From: the human T2T-CHM13v2.0 reference genome, Homo sapiens
Reading direction: 5' to 3' (one strand)
Assembly (NCBI RefSeq): GCF_009914755.1
Contig: NC_060937.1
DNA: 64,000 bases
Part shown: one piece after another, positions 22,051-36,006 of the stretch
Position numbering within the stretch: position 1 is the first letter of the stretch
How the letters are laid out: every line of letters starts with the position of its first letter
Notes under the pieces: generated by a model
What the model saw: only the letters and a program-made list of their open reading frames with translations
Database searches by the model: none
What the model was told of the DNA's origin: nothing
Made by a program: the position numbers and the translations under genes

Positions 22051-24539
22051 GTATTCAAGAAAAAAAAAACTTGTTAAAAAATGCAGCAATTTAAATTCCA
22101 TGGTAAAGTTGAGTTAATTCTAATAATTTAAAGTTATTTAATACAGTTTATAGGAGCAGTGAGGATTAAAAAGATATTTAAAGAAATTTTTCTTAAAAGG
22201 TAAATTATCATGTGGGTATTAGAGGTTCTTTTCAAGCATATGGCTTCACAGAATAATATTCGTGAGAAATTGATGCAAATTTGCACATGCTCAAAAATAA
22301 AATATTTGAATTTCAGATTGATTGTTTTACATACTGTACACTAATAAGTATTCATTTTGCATGTTCTTTGGAAGAGAACATTGGAAGCATTTGCCTAATC
22401 AATGATATATGTACATCTTCAAACTTGTATCTTCCTGCAGATCAAAATTTGATTTAATTACAGGTTAATGAGATGTATTTGGTTCTATCTGTATTTGATT
22501 ATGATTTTATAGGGCTTTACTGTTATAACTTAAGATCTTCTTCTTACCTAATATAGTAAGATAATAAAAATACAGCTAAGTCAATTAATTTTATGCAAAT
22601 TTTTTCATGTTGGAAATAAAAAATAAGCAGGGTAAAAGGAGAGTGTTCTCTTTTAGTGCCAATAAAGACCAGTAGAATCCCATCAGCAGCTTCCTCAAAG
22701 GTCAACAGTTTGTGTCTATAAAAGCAAATTTCAATTACCTTGAATACACTCAGCAAGTACCACGTTACTTCATTTATTATGCTTGGCTGTTTAAACTAAA
22801 ACAAAGGTGCATTTGTGAGATTCATTAGACTGTTCCTAGATAAAAGAATCTATAAGCTAATTTTAGCATTGAGAAAAATTTTAAGACATATTTATTTTGT
22901 ATCACATAGCTTAAAACAAAGAAGTGCTTATCACCTTCAATTTGCAACCTAAATATTTAAACATCATTATTAATACTATTGCATTGGTTGTTTTAATAGC
23001 AGCTTTTGAATACTGAGATTTGTGATTTCTAAAAGTGACACTAAATAAAATTTAATCACATTTATATGAAAGTTATTGTTGCCAATACTACATGAATTAG
23101 AACTTGCATTTTTTAAAACAGCAGTACTGAATAAAGCACATTTATTTTTAATAACAACTACTAGTTTATGTTTACCTAACATGAATTTCATAGTGATTTA
23201 AATTATTTTAACACAAAATATTAGGCAATATTTGGACAGTCATTCCTGAATTTTTATATAACTCTTCTAGGCCCCATAAAAAGATTTTTATCATAATGAA
23301 ATGTCAGTTTCTTGAATAATCAGAATGATGTTTTCTTGAATATGTGTGATTTGTGACATCCATGGCATTTCTATATATGGCTGGTAGAGTGGGCTCATTC
23401 CTAGTCAATTCATTCATTCTCTACATTCAGTGATAAACACAAGCATTCTAACAGAATTTCCCAAATATAAATGTTACCTGTTCATGAGACAAATAAACAA
23501 ATGTGACCATAACATGGACATTTATTCTACACATATGATGTGACTATTGCAGTAAAATTAAAGACTAAGTGGCTTTTCAAGTAACCAGGTAAACATTTTA
23601 TACTGATAGTAATACAATACAGAGTCTTGTTTCTGAAAAGATAAACTATATGACAAAATCAATCAACATCTTTGGAAACAGACAAAGCCTTTTATGATAG
23701 CAGAATATTTTTAGGCAAATGTGCAAATGCAAAGATGAGGTAGCAAATAGTGAAATAAATAAACCTCAGTGGTTTAAAATAATTAACTTAGTACCAGATG
23801 GTAACCTGAACCCTGTGTGTACCAGCCCCAAATGAGTGGCTCAATTGCAATTATGCACCATTTTCACACTAGAGTTAAGAAAGGCAGTTTAAATGAAATG
23901 GATCATAATCACAAAATAGGTAAATAGAAAAAAGAATTTGATCTTTTAATCTTAGTGACTCTCCATTAATAATAAAGGCTTTCTTATTCAGTGCTAATAG
24001 AGGGTCAACTATCCTTTTGCTTTTCTGTGTTATTATCAAGTCTTGTTATTGAAATAATGGTTTCTATGAGAACTCTGCAGGCTCTCCATTATCAAACCTG
24101 TTTATGAGATACAAGAAGCATAAGATATCTTGAGTTTTTAGCATTACAGCTCATAAGGTCAGCCCATTGGTGAAGGTGAGGGATTTCATTTCGGACTAGA
24201 ACTTCTTAGCTGACAAAATAACTAAGGACTTAGAGACTGCATAGCAGCTTGAAATGGTTAATGACTATATATATATATTCATTATATATAGAATTCATTA
24301 TATATATATATATACATTTTGCATATTATCCTCTAAAATGTGAAATGTTTATGCACAGGCAAGCACATACACACATCAACATCTATAACACACACACATA
24401 TAAATGCACACATATATATACACATACGTGGAAAATCCTAGAGATAATATTAATATTAGATATGTATTTCTGTTTTGTTCTATTTTGAATTATTTTATTT
24501 GAATCCAAATAAAATGAATTCATGTTATGATTGTATGTA

Positions 24540-24869
24540 TGTTAAATAAAATTTATATGAGGTCATAGGTTTGGAGTAAGCTCCTGCTCTAGGCCCATCA
24601 GAACATGCCAAAAGGGAGTTATGCATGCTGAAATTCCAGGCCACCAAGCTGAAATTAAGATCCTCATCTGAACTCCTGAGAAACAGCCAGCCTGATAAGG
24701 AAGTCTCTGCCTTAACCTTTACATGAGAAATAACCTTTAAACTACCAATCCTGTTTCTGCTTTCTTCAGTCCTCTTCTGCCCATAAAACCAACCTCCTCT
24801 GCTTGGCTCATCAGAAGACTCATTCTAGTTTATAGAAATAGTCATTGCCTGATTCCAGAATTAAAAATA
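24540..24869 (+). mobile_element. ERV1 LTR (MER93-like), truncated at the Alu
   Basis: Starts 'tgttaaataaaatttatatgaggtcataggtttggagtaagctcctgctctaggccc'. Contains 'cataaaaccaacctcctctgcttggctcatcagaagactcattct'. Confidence 0.65.
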
Positions 24870-25140
24870 GGCTGGGTGCAGTGACACCCACCTTTAATAT
24901 CAGCATTTTGAGAGGCTGAGGTGGCAGGATCACTTGAGCCCAGGAGTTTACAATAAGCCTGGACAATAAGTAAGACCCCATCTCTATAATTTTTGTTTTA
25001 ATTTAACCAGGCGTGGAGGTACATAACTGTAGTCCCACTGACTCAGAAGGCTGAGGAGGGAGAATCACTTGAGCCCAGGAGGTCAAAGCTGCAATGAACT
25101 GTGATTGTGCCACTGCACTCTAGCTAGGTGACAGAGCAGT
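24870..25140 (+). mobile_element. Alu (AluJ-like) lacking its tail
   Basis: Dimeric Alu with 'gatcacttgagcccaggag' in both arms. Stops at 'gtgacagagcag'. Confidence 0.92.
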
Positions 25141-25787
25141 GTGAAAAACAGAAATGAGAGTAAAGGTGTAAGAGAAGGCTGTTCTTGAAGCATCAACACA
25201 AGTACTACCTACTGGTGTCCAGTTAGCAATCAACCCTCACGCTCCTTTGACCTCTGAGAGACAAAAGAAGAGTATCTAAGAACAAGAATTTATCATTGCC
25301 ACAAATAATCACAAAAATAAATACAGGAGGACTGAAATAGTGTTATACATTTTTTATTTTTTATTTTTTTTTTTGCCAATGGGAGTGACTAGCAAGTGAT
25401 TTTACAGCAGGATGGCAAGGCAAGTGAGTCACAGTTCAGAGTTGCCAGAGTTTGATGTTCTGGTGGAAAAGTTGAGTGGAAGTTTACTATATGTGATTTA
25501 ATGATCCCTTTGATGGGAAGTAGGTTCAAGGAGGACTTTGACTTCAAGAAGGTAAAATCTACATGTAAAAATTTAATGTATTAATAAAAAAGAGCATTTC
25601 ATAGCTTTGAAGGATGCGATCTAGAAAAAAATTATGTAACATTTTAGAAAAGTTTTACCCATGACTTCAGCCCTATGCCAATGCAAGGACTGGATAATAC
25701 AGTCTTGTAATGAAATATTGAAACTATGGAAATTGAATAAAAAGGTAGAAAGGTTTTTCTGAACATGTCCTCAGGTTAGAAACATTT

Positions 25788-25894
25788 TTATTATTATTTT
25801 TATTTGACATAATAACTATACATAGTTGTGGTGTATACTGTGATATTTTGATACATGTTTAGTAATGATCGACTTAGAGTAATTAGCATATCTG
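25788..25894 (-). mobile_element. Extremely 5'-truncated L1MA insertion (about 107 bp) with TSD
   Basis: L1MA terminus 'tatttgacataataactatacatagttgtggtgtatactgtgatattttgatacatg'. 11-bp TSD TAGAAACATTT at 25777-25787 and 25895-25905. Confidence 0.8.
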
Positions 25895-26329
25895 TAGAAA
25901 CATTTCATGAAATGAGTGCTAAACTCAACTACTGTGCTAGACACTTGTTTGCTTTTTCCACAGATATTTCTTCCAGCACTTCAGAATCTCATTATTACAG
26001 TTTCCTCTGAATCTTAGTCTTGGTGACCAGGAATTGAGAAACATCTGTTGCTGAGCTTCTGGAAGTTTTTAATAATTTTTTAAAAGATTCATAGCATTGA
26101 AATACTACTCTAATTAATGAAATTTTGGGACATCCGTACTGCGAGCACTTGACATTTTTTGTGTTTACAGAAGTGTACTATACAGAGATGGGACAATCTT
26201 GTCAGAACGCTGCTGCCACCACTAACCTCACTTGCTTTGCTAGAAACAATCACTACTATCTGCCTTTACTGCTGCTACAATGGCTAACACTGTTGCTGGA
26301 GAGCAGGTTATAAAATATTTGAAATATGT

Positions 26330-26615
26330 CTTTTTTTTAACTTTTAAGTTTGGAATACATGTGCAGGTTTGTTACACAGGTAAGCTTGTGTCATGGGGGT
26401 TTGTTGTAGAGATTATTTCATCACCCAGGTGTTAAGCCTAGTACCCATTAGTTATTTTTTCTGATTTAGTTATTTTTCCTGATCTTCTCCCTCCTCCCAC
26501 CCTCCACTCTTCAAAAGGCCCCAGTGTGTGTTGTTCCCCTCTCTGTGTGCATGTGTTCTCATCATTTAGCTCCCACTTATAAGTGAGAATATGGAGTATT
26601 TGGTTTTCTGTTCCA
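26330..26615 (-). mobile_element. Older L1PA 3' end (L1PA13-16-like)
   Basis: 'tacatgtgcaggtttgttacacaggtaagcttgtgtcatgggggtttgttgtagagattatttcatcacccagg...gctcccacttataagtgagaa'. Confidence 0.9.
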
Positions 26616-26679
26616 TTGTTTTTTAAATCATATGCTGACAAGTAGAAAATCCATGTCCATTATTAAAGCCAAGAATTTT

Positions 26680-28030
26680 ACATAAATGGGATCACACAGT
26701 ATATTTTGTTTGATTTTGTTTGTACAATTTTGGTATTTAGATTCTAGCACTTAACACATTTAAGATTCAATCATGTTGTTTCAAATTTCTAGAGATCCTC
26801 AGTTTTTAGTACACTCATATTTCTAGTATACGCCTCAATACTGCTGAGTATTACTAATTGTATTCCTAGACAACAATTTATCCAGTTATTATTGATTTAT
26901 ATCTGGGTCATCACTATCTTTTTGGCTATTATCAATAATCTTATAATATTGACACATTTTAAGTGTGTTTGGATAAACATCTAGACTTGGAATATCCTGA
27001 TTATAGGGTACATAAATGTTTAACTTTTAAGGAAATCGTAAACAGTTTTCCAAAGCAGTTGTACTATTTTACACTTCTACCAGCAGTGTATGTGGGTCGC
27101 AGTCTAATATAATACAGTATTTGAAGATGTTCATCTTTTTTTGTTTAAGCCAATCAATTAAGTGGGTAGGTTTTGCTGTGTCATTGTGATTTTAAAATTC
27201 TCATTTCTCTGATGACTAATGATGTTGAACACTTTTTCATACTCTTCCTTATTATTTTTTCCTGTGAAATGCTTTTCAGTCATTTGCCCATTTTTATTGG
27301 GTTGTTTTTCTTTTTGTAATTGATTTGCAGTAGTTCATAATGTATTTTGTTTTCAAGTACTTTTTAGTCTTTAGCATATCTATTCATTTCATTTGTAGTT
27401 TTTTTTTCATGAGAAGTTTGTAATTTTAATGAATTGTCTTTTTTCTTTTATGATTCTTTCTCTGGTTTAAGAAATATTTGCTAAACAATAGGTCCTAAAG
27501 ATACCATTTTTATTTATCTTCTAAAACATTATGCTAGATATTTTCTACATTTAGGACTCTGATACAGCTAAAATTGATTCTTGTGCATTGTGTGAAATAG
27601 AGGCTGGCTTCCTTTCTCCTCCCATGTTGATATTCACTTGTTCCAGCACCATTTGGTGAACAGATTTTCTGTTCCCCATTGAATTGTTTTGGCATCCTTA
27701 AAAATCATTTGACCATCTATAAGTGGGTCTATTTCTGTATTCTCCATTCTGCTCTATTGACCTATTTGTCTAACCTTTTGGCAAGACTACACTATCCGGA
27801 TTAATGTAGCATTATAATAAATTTTGAAGTACTTCAACTTTTTTGTTCATTTCTTTAAGTTGCTTTGGCTACTCTTGATCTTTTGTCTTTCCAAATAATT
27901 TTAAAATCACCTCATCAATTTCTAGAAAATAATCCATTTTGAATTGTAACAGATTATTTTGGTGCTATAATTTAATCTTGGAAGAATTGCTATCTTTATA
28001 ATATTGAGTTTTCAAATGTATATTATAGGA
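26680..28030 (-). mobile_element. Old L1M (L1ME/MD-like) 3'UTR and ORF2 end
   Basis: 'cataaatgggatcacacagtat', 'ttccaaagcagttgtactattttacacttctaccagcagtgtatg' and 'ttccagcaccatttggtgaacag'. Confidence 0.75.
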
Positions 28031-28304
28031 CATATTATTTCAACCTTCCTGAAGAATTATTTGTTAGTATTAACAGCCTGAAATATTATTACTAGACATT
28101 TATTCTAAGCAGAATAAATGTGTTAATTCTAAACAAATAATCAATTGCATAAAGTTATGTATATATAAAAACTTCATGAAACATTATTCCTAATATTTAT
28201 AACCTGGAACCAACTGATGTCAATAGTAGATTGTGTAACTTTATTTCAAATATTGATATTATGGAACAGAGTGACATCCTTAAACTGTGCATTTAGAATT
28301 AATT

Positions 28305-28435
28305 TTAATTTTTTTAAATTGTCAAATATAATTATATGCACTTATTATATAAAGCATGATGTTTTGAAGTATATACACATGATGGAATGATTAAATCTAT
28401 TAATTAACATATGCATTAGTTTACATAGTTATGAA
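28305..28435 (-). mobile_element. Short L1MA 3' terminal fragment
   Basis: 'aaattgtcaaatataattatatgcac...gcatgatgttttgaagtatatacacatgatggaatgattaaatc...taattaacatatgcatta'. Confidence 0.6.
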
Positions 28436-28846
28436 GAAATACAGTTATGATAAATTCATACAGAAAAAAATAAGTTAAAAAAAGTCCAATATGTTCTACT
28501 TTTTGTAATCACACATGAAACTATTAGATTACCTACCAAAATATGACTCCATTTGATAATTTTATCTTCCTGCTTTTTTATTACTGTATGCTTTTTTGTA
28601 TTTTAGAAATATTTACAAATTAAAAGCATTTTTTACTTTGTGAGAAGAAGCTATTTTAATACATATATAATCTTTTTTATTCCTTTGTTCACAGACTTTT
28701 TTTCTCTTTGCTTATTGTTTCTAATAAGCTAAAATGGAAAATGCACAAGGATGGTAAACAAATCTCCCATACATAGTCCAGTTTCATCTGTTAAATGAAT
28801 CTCATATATTTTAGGTACAATAGATAGCATACAGTTTTCTGAAAAT

Positions 28847-29002
28847 TATATATATATATAATATATACACACCCATACACACACACACACATATACACAC
28901 ATAATATATAACATATATGTATATGCATAATTATTTTTCTTTTTATTGTTACATTTTTATCTTCAAAAATGTTATGATCGTGTGTGTGTGTGTGTGTGTG
29001 TG
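28847..29002. repeat. Microsatellites (TA)n/(CA)n at 28847-28925 and (TG)n at 28980-29002
   Basis: Seen directly. Confidence 0.9.
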
Positions 29003-29994
29003 CGTATGCAGATAAACGTGCTTCCTTTGGAACACTGAGGAATATCAGAAAAATTTTATCATCAAGCAGAATTAATTGCTCCTATTGTCTTTCTTGCTAT
29101 GGAAAAGCCACATGGTGTAGAATATGCATAAGAATTACAGACAATTTTTTAGGCCCAATTGTGGTTTGTGGTTATAATTTAGCGACAGCATAGCCAACAC
29201 ACTATGTACTTTCCTTGGTAAACTATTAAGTAACCTGGCTATAGAAGGGAAGAGAAAGCAGACAGTTTTATTGTTCTTTGTTGTTTTTTTTTAGCATATA
29301 TCAAACAGGAATAAAGGAAAAATAATGATACTATCAACAAGAGAGAAGTTTTAGTATTGGCCCATAGGTATGAGTAGGAGAGAAAGTAGAAATCTGGTAA
29401 ATCTTCAGTTTAAATGTTTAGAAATGAAGTCTATGGATGGTGCTGACAATTGGCTTGCTTATATGGGGCTAGATGGTTGAAGTACAATGAGCATGAACAT
29501 CTGGATGTAATGAGAATCTAATAATTTGCATAGTTGTCATATATGTGAATATTGCAGTCATTTGTATCATTTTAGTATTGGAGGCCAAGCAGAAGGAATC
29601 AGAAGAAAACAGAAACCAGAATAGATTTGAGAATAGTCAAACTGCATGATGTTAAAGGAGAGAAGACATTTGTTTATATAGTTAGACATGTCATTGTGCA
29701 GAAGGAGCAGTGAGGCAAGAGGAGGGAGTTTCTTTCATCTCAGATTCTCTCAAATTCTGTCATATGAGGGAGGAGGGAAAATAACATAGTCTCTTAAGAA
29801 ACCTGCAGGAAAGACGATATGTGCAGTTTTGATCTGGGTTTAGGTAAGACAACAAAAAGGGATTATACTATAATTATATAATGTAGATTATTTTACAATT
29901 TTCTTAGAGAAAATTTTCATGGTGTATGAGAGTTTTCTTTGGTTGTTTTTACCTATGGAATAAGATTTTTTTAAAAACGTAGTGAGTTTGGAAG

Positions 29995-30420
29995 GGTTGA
30001 GAATTGCCTGCAGCTACATGAAGTAGTTAACAGATAAAATTGGCTTAAAGAAAGAGAAAATTAATTTTTTAATTTAAAAAGGTCAGAGTTAGGAAATCCT
30101 GGGATAGTTCATTAGTGTCTTGAGATCATCATTTCACAGACTTCTTCTGTCTCTCTGCTCTACCATCCATAATGAATGCTGTAAAACTCATGGTCACCTG
30201 TCTCATGGTGACTTTCTGCCTTATAGCACTGGTTACAAACATTAGATGAACAGGCAAACAACAAGGAGAAAAGAGGGATGCCTATATCAGAAAACAAAAT
30301 ATGCCCAAATATTTCCATAGACTCTCACTGATACCTGAGACGAAACTGCAGCTTCACGGGAGTCTGGACAATGTTTTGTTTTGTTTTATTTTATTTTATT
30401 TTATATTTTTTCTAGCAAGG
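29995..30420. mobile_element. Old ERVL-class LTR (LTR33-like)
   Basis: 'gcagctac...taacagataaaattggcttaaag...cagacttcttctgtctctctgctctaccatcc' is similar to 38485-38860. Confidence 0.45.
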
Positions 30421-31024
30421 CCCATTGCTACCATGACGAAATCAGGGATGATAATACCTAACTCATTTTTTTTACCCAGATGTCTGAATTATCATTTTAG
30501 GACTTTCCTCACCAAATATGAATATTTCTTTACTGAGACTGGTAATTCTCTGCTCCCCACTATCACCCTCAAAAGCACAAGGAAAGAGCAGGATAAAAGT
30601 AAAGAGGGGACAGAAGGGAAAGCTGATGATAGGATCATTCATTTCAGCCACTGCTTTGGTATGTGACAAATAAAGAATCTGATGGTAATAATCACCAATG
30701 TTTTCTTAAAAATAGCCATAGTGATCCTAGTTTGAATTGATTATATTTCTGAGAGATTCAAAGAGTAAGATTTCTGATGGATGCTGTTGAGAATTTTAGA
30801 AAAAAACTATTTGCCCAAAGGAATATTTAATGGAATGGAATATTTAAACTGAGTGAGAAAACCCCTAAAATGATGATGTAGATATGTACATAAAATGGAG
30901 TTAGCTATCAGCTTCTTATCACCCCATTCCTCCACCCCCATACTATTATATCTTACCTATTCAAATCCATGGCTTAATCATATGAAACTAGCAATGCATT
31001 TCACAATGATTAATTAAGAACATT

Positions 31025-31240
31025 TAATAATATGGCAAAAAACTTATATTATTAAATGGTAAAAGTCTATTATGAAATTACATACATTATGACTAATCTT
31101 TACCACTCCACACCCCATAATTAAAAGAATATTTACCCAACTGTTGAAAATGTTTATACTTGGGTGGAGTAAGTATTATTTTCTCTGCACCTTTCTGTTC
31201 TTATCATATCACACGAGTCACTATTGTAATGAGAAAAAAC
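31025..31240 (+). mobile_element. L1ME-type 3' terminal fragment
   Basis: 'cccaactgttgaaaatgtttatacttgggtgg...cactattgtaatgagaaaaaa'. Confidence 0.4.
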
Positions 31241-32091
31241 TCAGGGTATATGCTTTTAATAAAAGTAATTGTTTTGCTAAGTGACACTTTCTGAAAAGTA
31301 TTTTCCCCTTTAATGGCCTATGTCATACATATCCTTTCCTACATTTCCTGGAATGAACCAGGTTATTGCTCTATGTTTGCACATCTTCCAATCATGATCT
31401 AAGGAAGCTCATTCTCTGTGGTTAGAGATTGGGATACATTGGTAAGCCTCAGAATTTCTCAGGAAAATTGGTAAATATAGCTACTTAATATTAGGAAATT
31501 GAGACAGCTCCATTCTCTCTCATTAAGAACCTGAAGTGATTAGTTGCATTCTAAATAAACCAAATGTCTTTTAGTATTTTATAAATAAGACAAGCCACAT
31601 AATATTCTATTTTGAATTTTCCAGTATTGTTGATAATGCATAATGTGATGCAGACTGACATTACAGAGATCGGCTGCTTTTTCTGTTTGATGATGTTTTT
31701 AAAATGTTTTACAGCAAATAATTATGCAACACGTACATTTATCTTCATATTACAGTGACAATATATTTGTAAGTCAGTGAAGTACTGCATTATATTTGCA
31801 TTTATTTCCTTTGGTAAAACAACAGTTATATTTTTATTCTTACAATTTATACAACTTTATTCATGCACACACTAACAACAACAGCAACAAAAATACTAGA
31901 CTTTTTTTTATAATCACACACCTATAAACTTACTCAGAACAGGATGTGATGATGAAATACTATTGGGTATATTAATACAATAAAAATGCTACTGAGAGAA
32001 ACTCAATTGTTGAGTCTAAGATTTCCATTAAATTTTAAGCTTTAGGGAGGTGGCAGCCAGGGGGAAGAAATACTTATTTAATCACTGTGAA

Positions 32092-32990
32092 GTTCATTCA
32101 ATAAATAGCTGAGTGCCTACTATGTGCCAAGTCCAGCAATAAGCTCTGGGAGCATAACATTAAAGGGTAAAAGACTGTCCTTGTGAAGATTTCATTTTAA
32201 TAAAATAAGGCAAGTCATAAAATGGGAGCCAAAGAAATATATACTGTGCCAGCTGGTGAGTGGCACACTATACACAAATCAAGGTAAGGAAAATAGGAAT
32301 TTCTATGGTTAGGGACAAATTGCTATGCTGTATTGGGTAGTCAAGGAAAGCTGACATTTGATCAGAAGCAGAAAACTTTGTGGCTATCTGGGGAAAAGAG
32401 CAAATACAAAGACCCTTCAGTAGTGTAGAATGATGTTGGGGATCCTGGGCAGCAGCAAGGATGGTTGTTGTGGTTAGGCAGAGTGAAAAAGAGAGAAGTA
32501 GTAAAGTCACAGGTAAAGTGTGGTGAAGTTCTTCTAGGCCAGTGTAAGGTTATTTGTTTTAGTCTGTGTGTGATACAGAACTAATAGACAGTTTTGTGTT
32601 GAGCAAGGGGGTGACTTTGACAAATTTAAAGGATGATTTTAGCTGCTCTACTGATCATAGACTGTAAACACACAAATTTGAAAACAGGAAAGAGACTAAG
32701 GAATAATCCAGTACCTCATGCCTCTCTGGGTCCTTATGAGGGTGGTAGTGTTTAGGGAGAGATTTTGAGTGTCAGAATCTGTACGTATTTTGAAGGTAGA
32801 GTCCTCAGTATTTACTTATGTTTTGGATTTGTAAATTAGAGAAATAGAGGTATCAATCGTAACACTAAGTTTTTGACTTAGATAAAAATGAAACAACCAT
32901 TTACTGTGATTATGAAATGAAGAATTGTTTGAATTGGACAAAATATGAACTATTTTGTCCAACTTAATTTGAAGATTAATATTATTAAAC
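32092..32990 (-). mobile_element. L2 3' portion
   Basis: Antisense L2 terminus 'ttcattcaataaatagctgagtgcctactatgtgccaag', followed by 'gctatctggggaaaagagc', 'gagatttt...tattttgaaggtagag'. Confidence 0.85.
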
Positions 32991-33771
32991 TTCAGAAAAT
33001 GAGCCAATCACACATTATTCATGTGGTGTTTGCTAATATAAATTAGTAATCCAACTGAATCAAAAGTGAACACTCAGGAGAGAGTCATCGCCACTGGCTA
33101 AAGGAAGATATAAAAAATTTCAACACAGTTTTGCCATGGAATTTCTTATTTCTATGTGTGTTCTCAAGGAGAAAAAAAGGCACAACAGTTACCACAAAAT
33201 TTTAGGCAGCCAATAGAAAGAATTAAAAAATACTAAAAATGGCTTTAACCAGAAAGGAAACATATGAAGATGTCCTATTACACAAAAAATGTAAAAATTA
33301 GAGGTTCAATTGGCCAACAAACTTCTACTAAAATCAGACACATGTTTGAAGGATTTTCTTTGGGAAGAGTTATACTTGGAAGAGGCAGAAAATCATACGA
33401 CTAATAAATGTTTGTTTCTTAAAATTGTTCTTTGCTCTGAAATCAGGAACATATGTTAATTGTGATTTAATAAAATTGATAGAAGACTGGGATAGGAATC
33501 TTTATTTTGAGAACAAGCCAGTCATTAATCCATAGCATTTTACACATTGAAATACATATTTGTAAGGTGTTTAGTATTGTTTATGCATAAGCAACTATAA
33601 TTCAATGTATTAGATAATAATTGTGTATGTTGTTCTCATACAGGTCCCAACTTAGAGACTCTGTGATTGTTTGTATTTTCAAAAAATATTCACTCTGAAT
33701 TCTTACACACATAATTGCATTTATGTAGCACTTGTATTTATTTATCTTATTCTCTTTGCTCTGGCATATTG

Positions 33772-33800
33772 TTTTTGTTTTTGTTTTTGTTTTTTTTTTG
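33772..33800. repeat. (TTTTTG)n/poly-T tract
   Basis: Seen directly. Confidence 0.85.
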
Positions 33801-34879
33801 GTCTGTTTTACTTTGGTTAAAAGAAAGCTAAATAAGAAGCCATTCTTTTTTCTCTGGTCACATAGACATTCTGTCTGCCCTTTTAAAAATTAAATATAAT
33901 TAAAATATAATGAAGGTTAAAAAATTAAAATGTAAATAATACATTAAGAACATATTTTTAAAACAGAAAAGTATATGTGACATTTTTTATAATTGATAAA
34001 GAAAAAATATTTCCTTTCTTATTACCTAAATAACAAATAGGCAAATGAGAATATTTCCTCATACATTTTATGTGACTTATTCTATTAATTAAATTATTAT
34101 TTAAAAGATTTTTATGAATCATTTTACAGATTACTTTCTACACATTCATATGCTAGTGAATTGATAAACAATAACTGCATACAATATCAGTTATCAAGTT
34201 TTCTCTTTATATATAAGTATTTATGAAGGCTTATAATCTAGAAATATTAGCTGAAATTTTTCTTTTAGGTATAAAATTTGGGTCATGAAATAACAGATTA
34301 AAAATAAAATATAATCATTACTCAACTTTTACTTACATTTTAGTGATTAAGTACTTACTTTTATTTATACTAATGTTTTGCCATGGTTAATAACATTGCT
34401 GCTATGTATGTGATTTGGTAGACTGCAGAGGGAGCTAGCTGAGATGCGTTTCTCCAGCTATGCCTTAAACCTTTTTCACAAGTTCTGTAAACCTCACTTG
34501 ACTAATCCTTGGAATAGCACTGTATCTCTAACCGTCTTTCATCCCTTCCTATGATATCCAGCTCTATTAATAAAGAAATGCTAGGCAGCAAAAAACACAG
34601 GAAAATATGTCTATTTACAGTTACTTTTACAAAAATAAACCCAGAAATTCATAGTATTTCATAACAGACATTCCTATGACAGGAAAAGTACCTACAGGTT
34701 TATTTGATTCAACATTTAAATTTACATCCTTAAATGTTCCCAACTTGTTCCCCCTTTATACTCTAGCAATGTTGTCCTTGGCCATCTCTCTTTACAATCA
34801 CAAAATGACTATTACAGTTTTTCCTAGTACATAAAAACACAAGAACATCCACCATATATATGTGTGTATTCATTCTCAT

Positions 34880-34911
<32 letters not shown>

Positions 34912-34912
34912 G
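34880..34912. repeat. (TG)n microsatellite
   Basis: Seen directly. Confidence 0.95.
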
Positions 34913-35136
34913 TGTGGGGAGTTGTATCTTATTATGTGTTTCTTTTCAACCCTTTTTCATTCCCTAAAAGTTGCTCAGCAAACTCCCCCTCCTCCCCCTC
35001 ACACCTTATTAACTACAGCTCTAACAACTCCCTATTTCCTGGTAAGGGGAATTGAGCAGGGCTGATATTTATCTGACTTGTACCAACATGTGGCCTTTCC
35101 ACTTGTTAAATATTGAAATACCTATGGATTCCTTCT

Positions 35137-36006
35137 TGTGGGGCTCAGAACACAATGACTTAAAACATGGCAGCTTGGCATAGTGAATATTTTAAGCTGA
35201 AGGAAATTGAGAAAACTGAAAATGCAAGATCTGACCTTCTCCTTCCCTTCTCCTCTGAGAGCCTCTTATGTGACAGGTGTCCTGTCCTATACCCTGAGGA
35301 AAGGAATAAAGACATACAAATGCAAAGAAGAATCTGAGCAAACAGGCATTGGCAAGTTTACCTCAGTTGTTACCATTATATCATATTCTCTCTTGTGCAG
35401 TCATACTTCTACATGACTTTCCAATCATCAAACTTAAGCACAAAAATACAGTTTTCCCTGTTTCTTTGGGTATCATTCCTGAAATCTCTTATGTCATACA
35501 AAATTTTTACTAAATAAATTTGTTAGGCTTTTTTCTTGTTTATCTGTGTTTCTTATAATGGTGTTACATGGTTTGGCTCTGTGTCCCCACCCAAATCTTA
35601 TGTTGAATTGTGATCCCAAGTGTTGGAGGTGGGGACTGGTAAGAGGTGATTGTATCATGGGGGTGGTTTCTAATGGCTTAGCACCATACTCCTAGTGCTG
35701 TCTTGTGATAGAGTTCTTACAAGACCTGGTTGTGTGCAGCACCTATCCCTCGCTCTCTCTCCTGCTCCACCATTTAAGAAGTGCCTGCTTCCCCTTTGCC
35801 TTCCGCCATGATTGTAAGTTTCCTGAGACCTCCCCAGCCATGCTTCCTGTATAGCCTACCAAACTGTAAGTTGATTAAACCACTTTTCTCCATAAATTAC
35901 TCAGTCTCAGGTAGTTCCTCATAGTAATGCAAGAACGAACTAATACAGTTGTCAGCCATGAACTTTTCAACAGGTGAGAAAAAAGTTGTGTTTCTTCTTT
36001 CCTACA
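35137..36006 (+). mobile_element. MER39/MER34-group LTR interrupted by MSTA
   Basis: Starts 'tgtggggctcagaacacaatgac...ggcatagtgaatattttaagctgaagg'. Has AATAAA near 35513 and ends 'gtcagccatgaac...ctttcctaca' after the MST. Confidence 0.7.
35564..35946 (+). mobile_element. MaLR LTR (MSTA-like)
   Basis: 'atggtttggctctgtgtccccacccaaatc', 'ccttccgccatgattgtaagtttcctgagacctccccagccatg', ending 'aatgcaagaacgaactaataca'. Confidence 0.9.

Noticed and set aside
25380-25720. Possible CR1/L3 remnant
   Set aside because: Similarity is too weak to support by eye.
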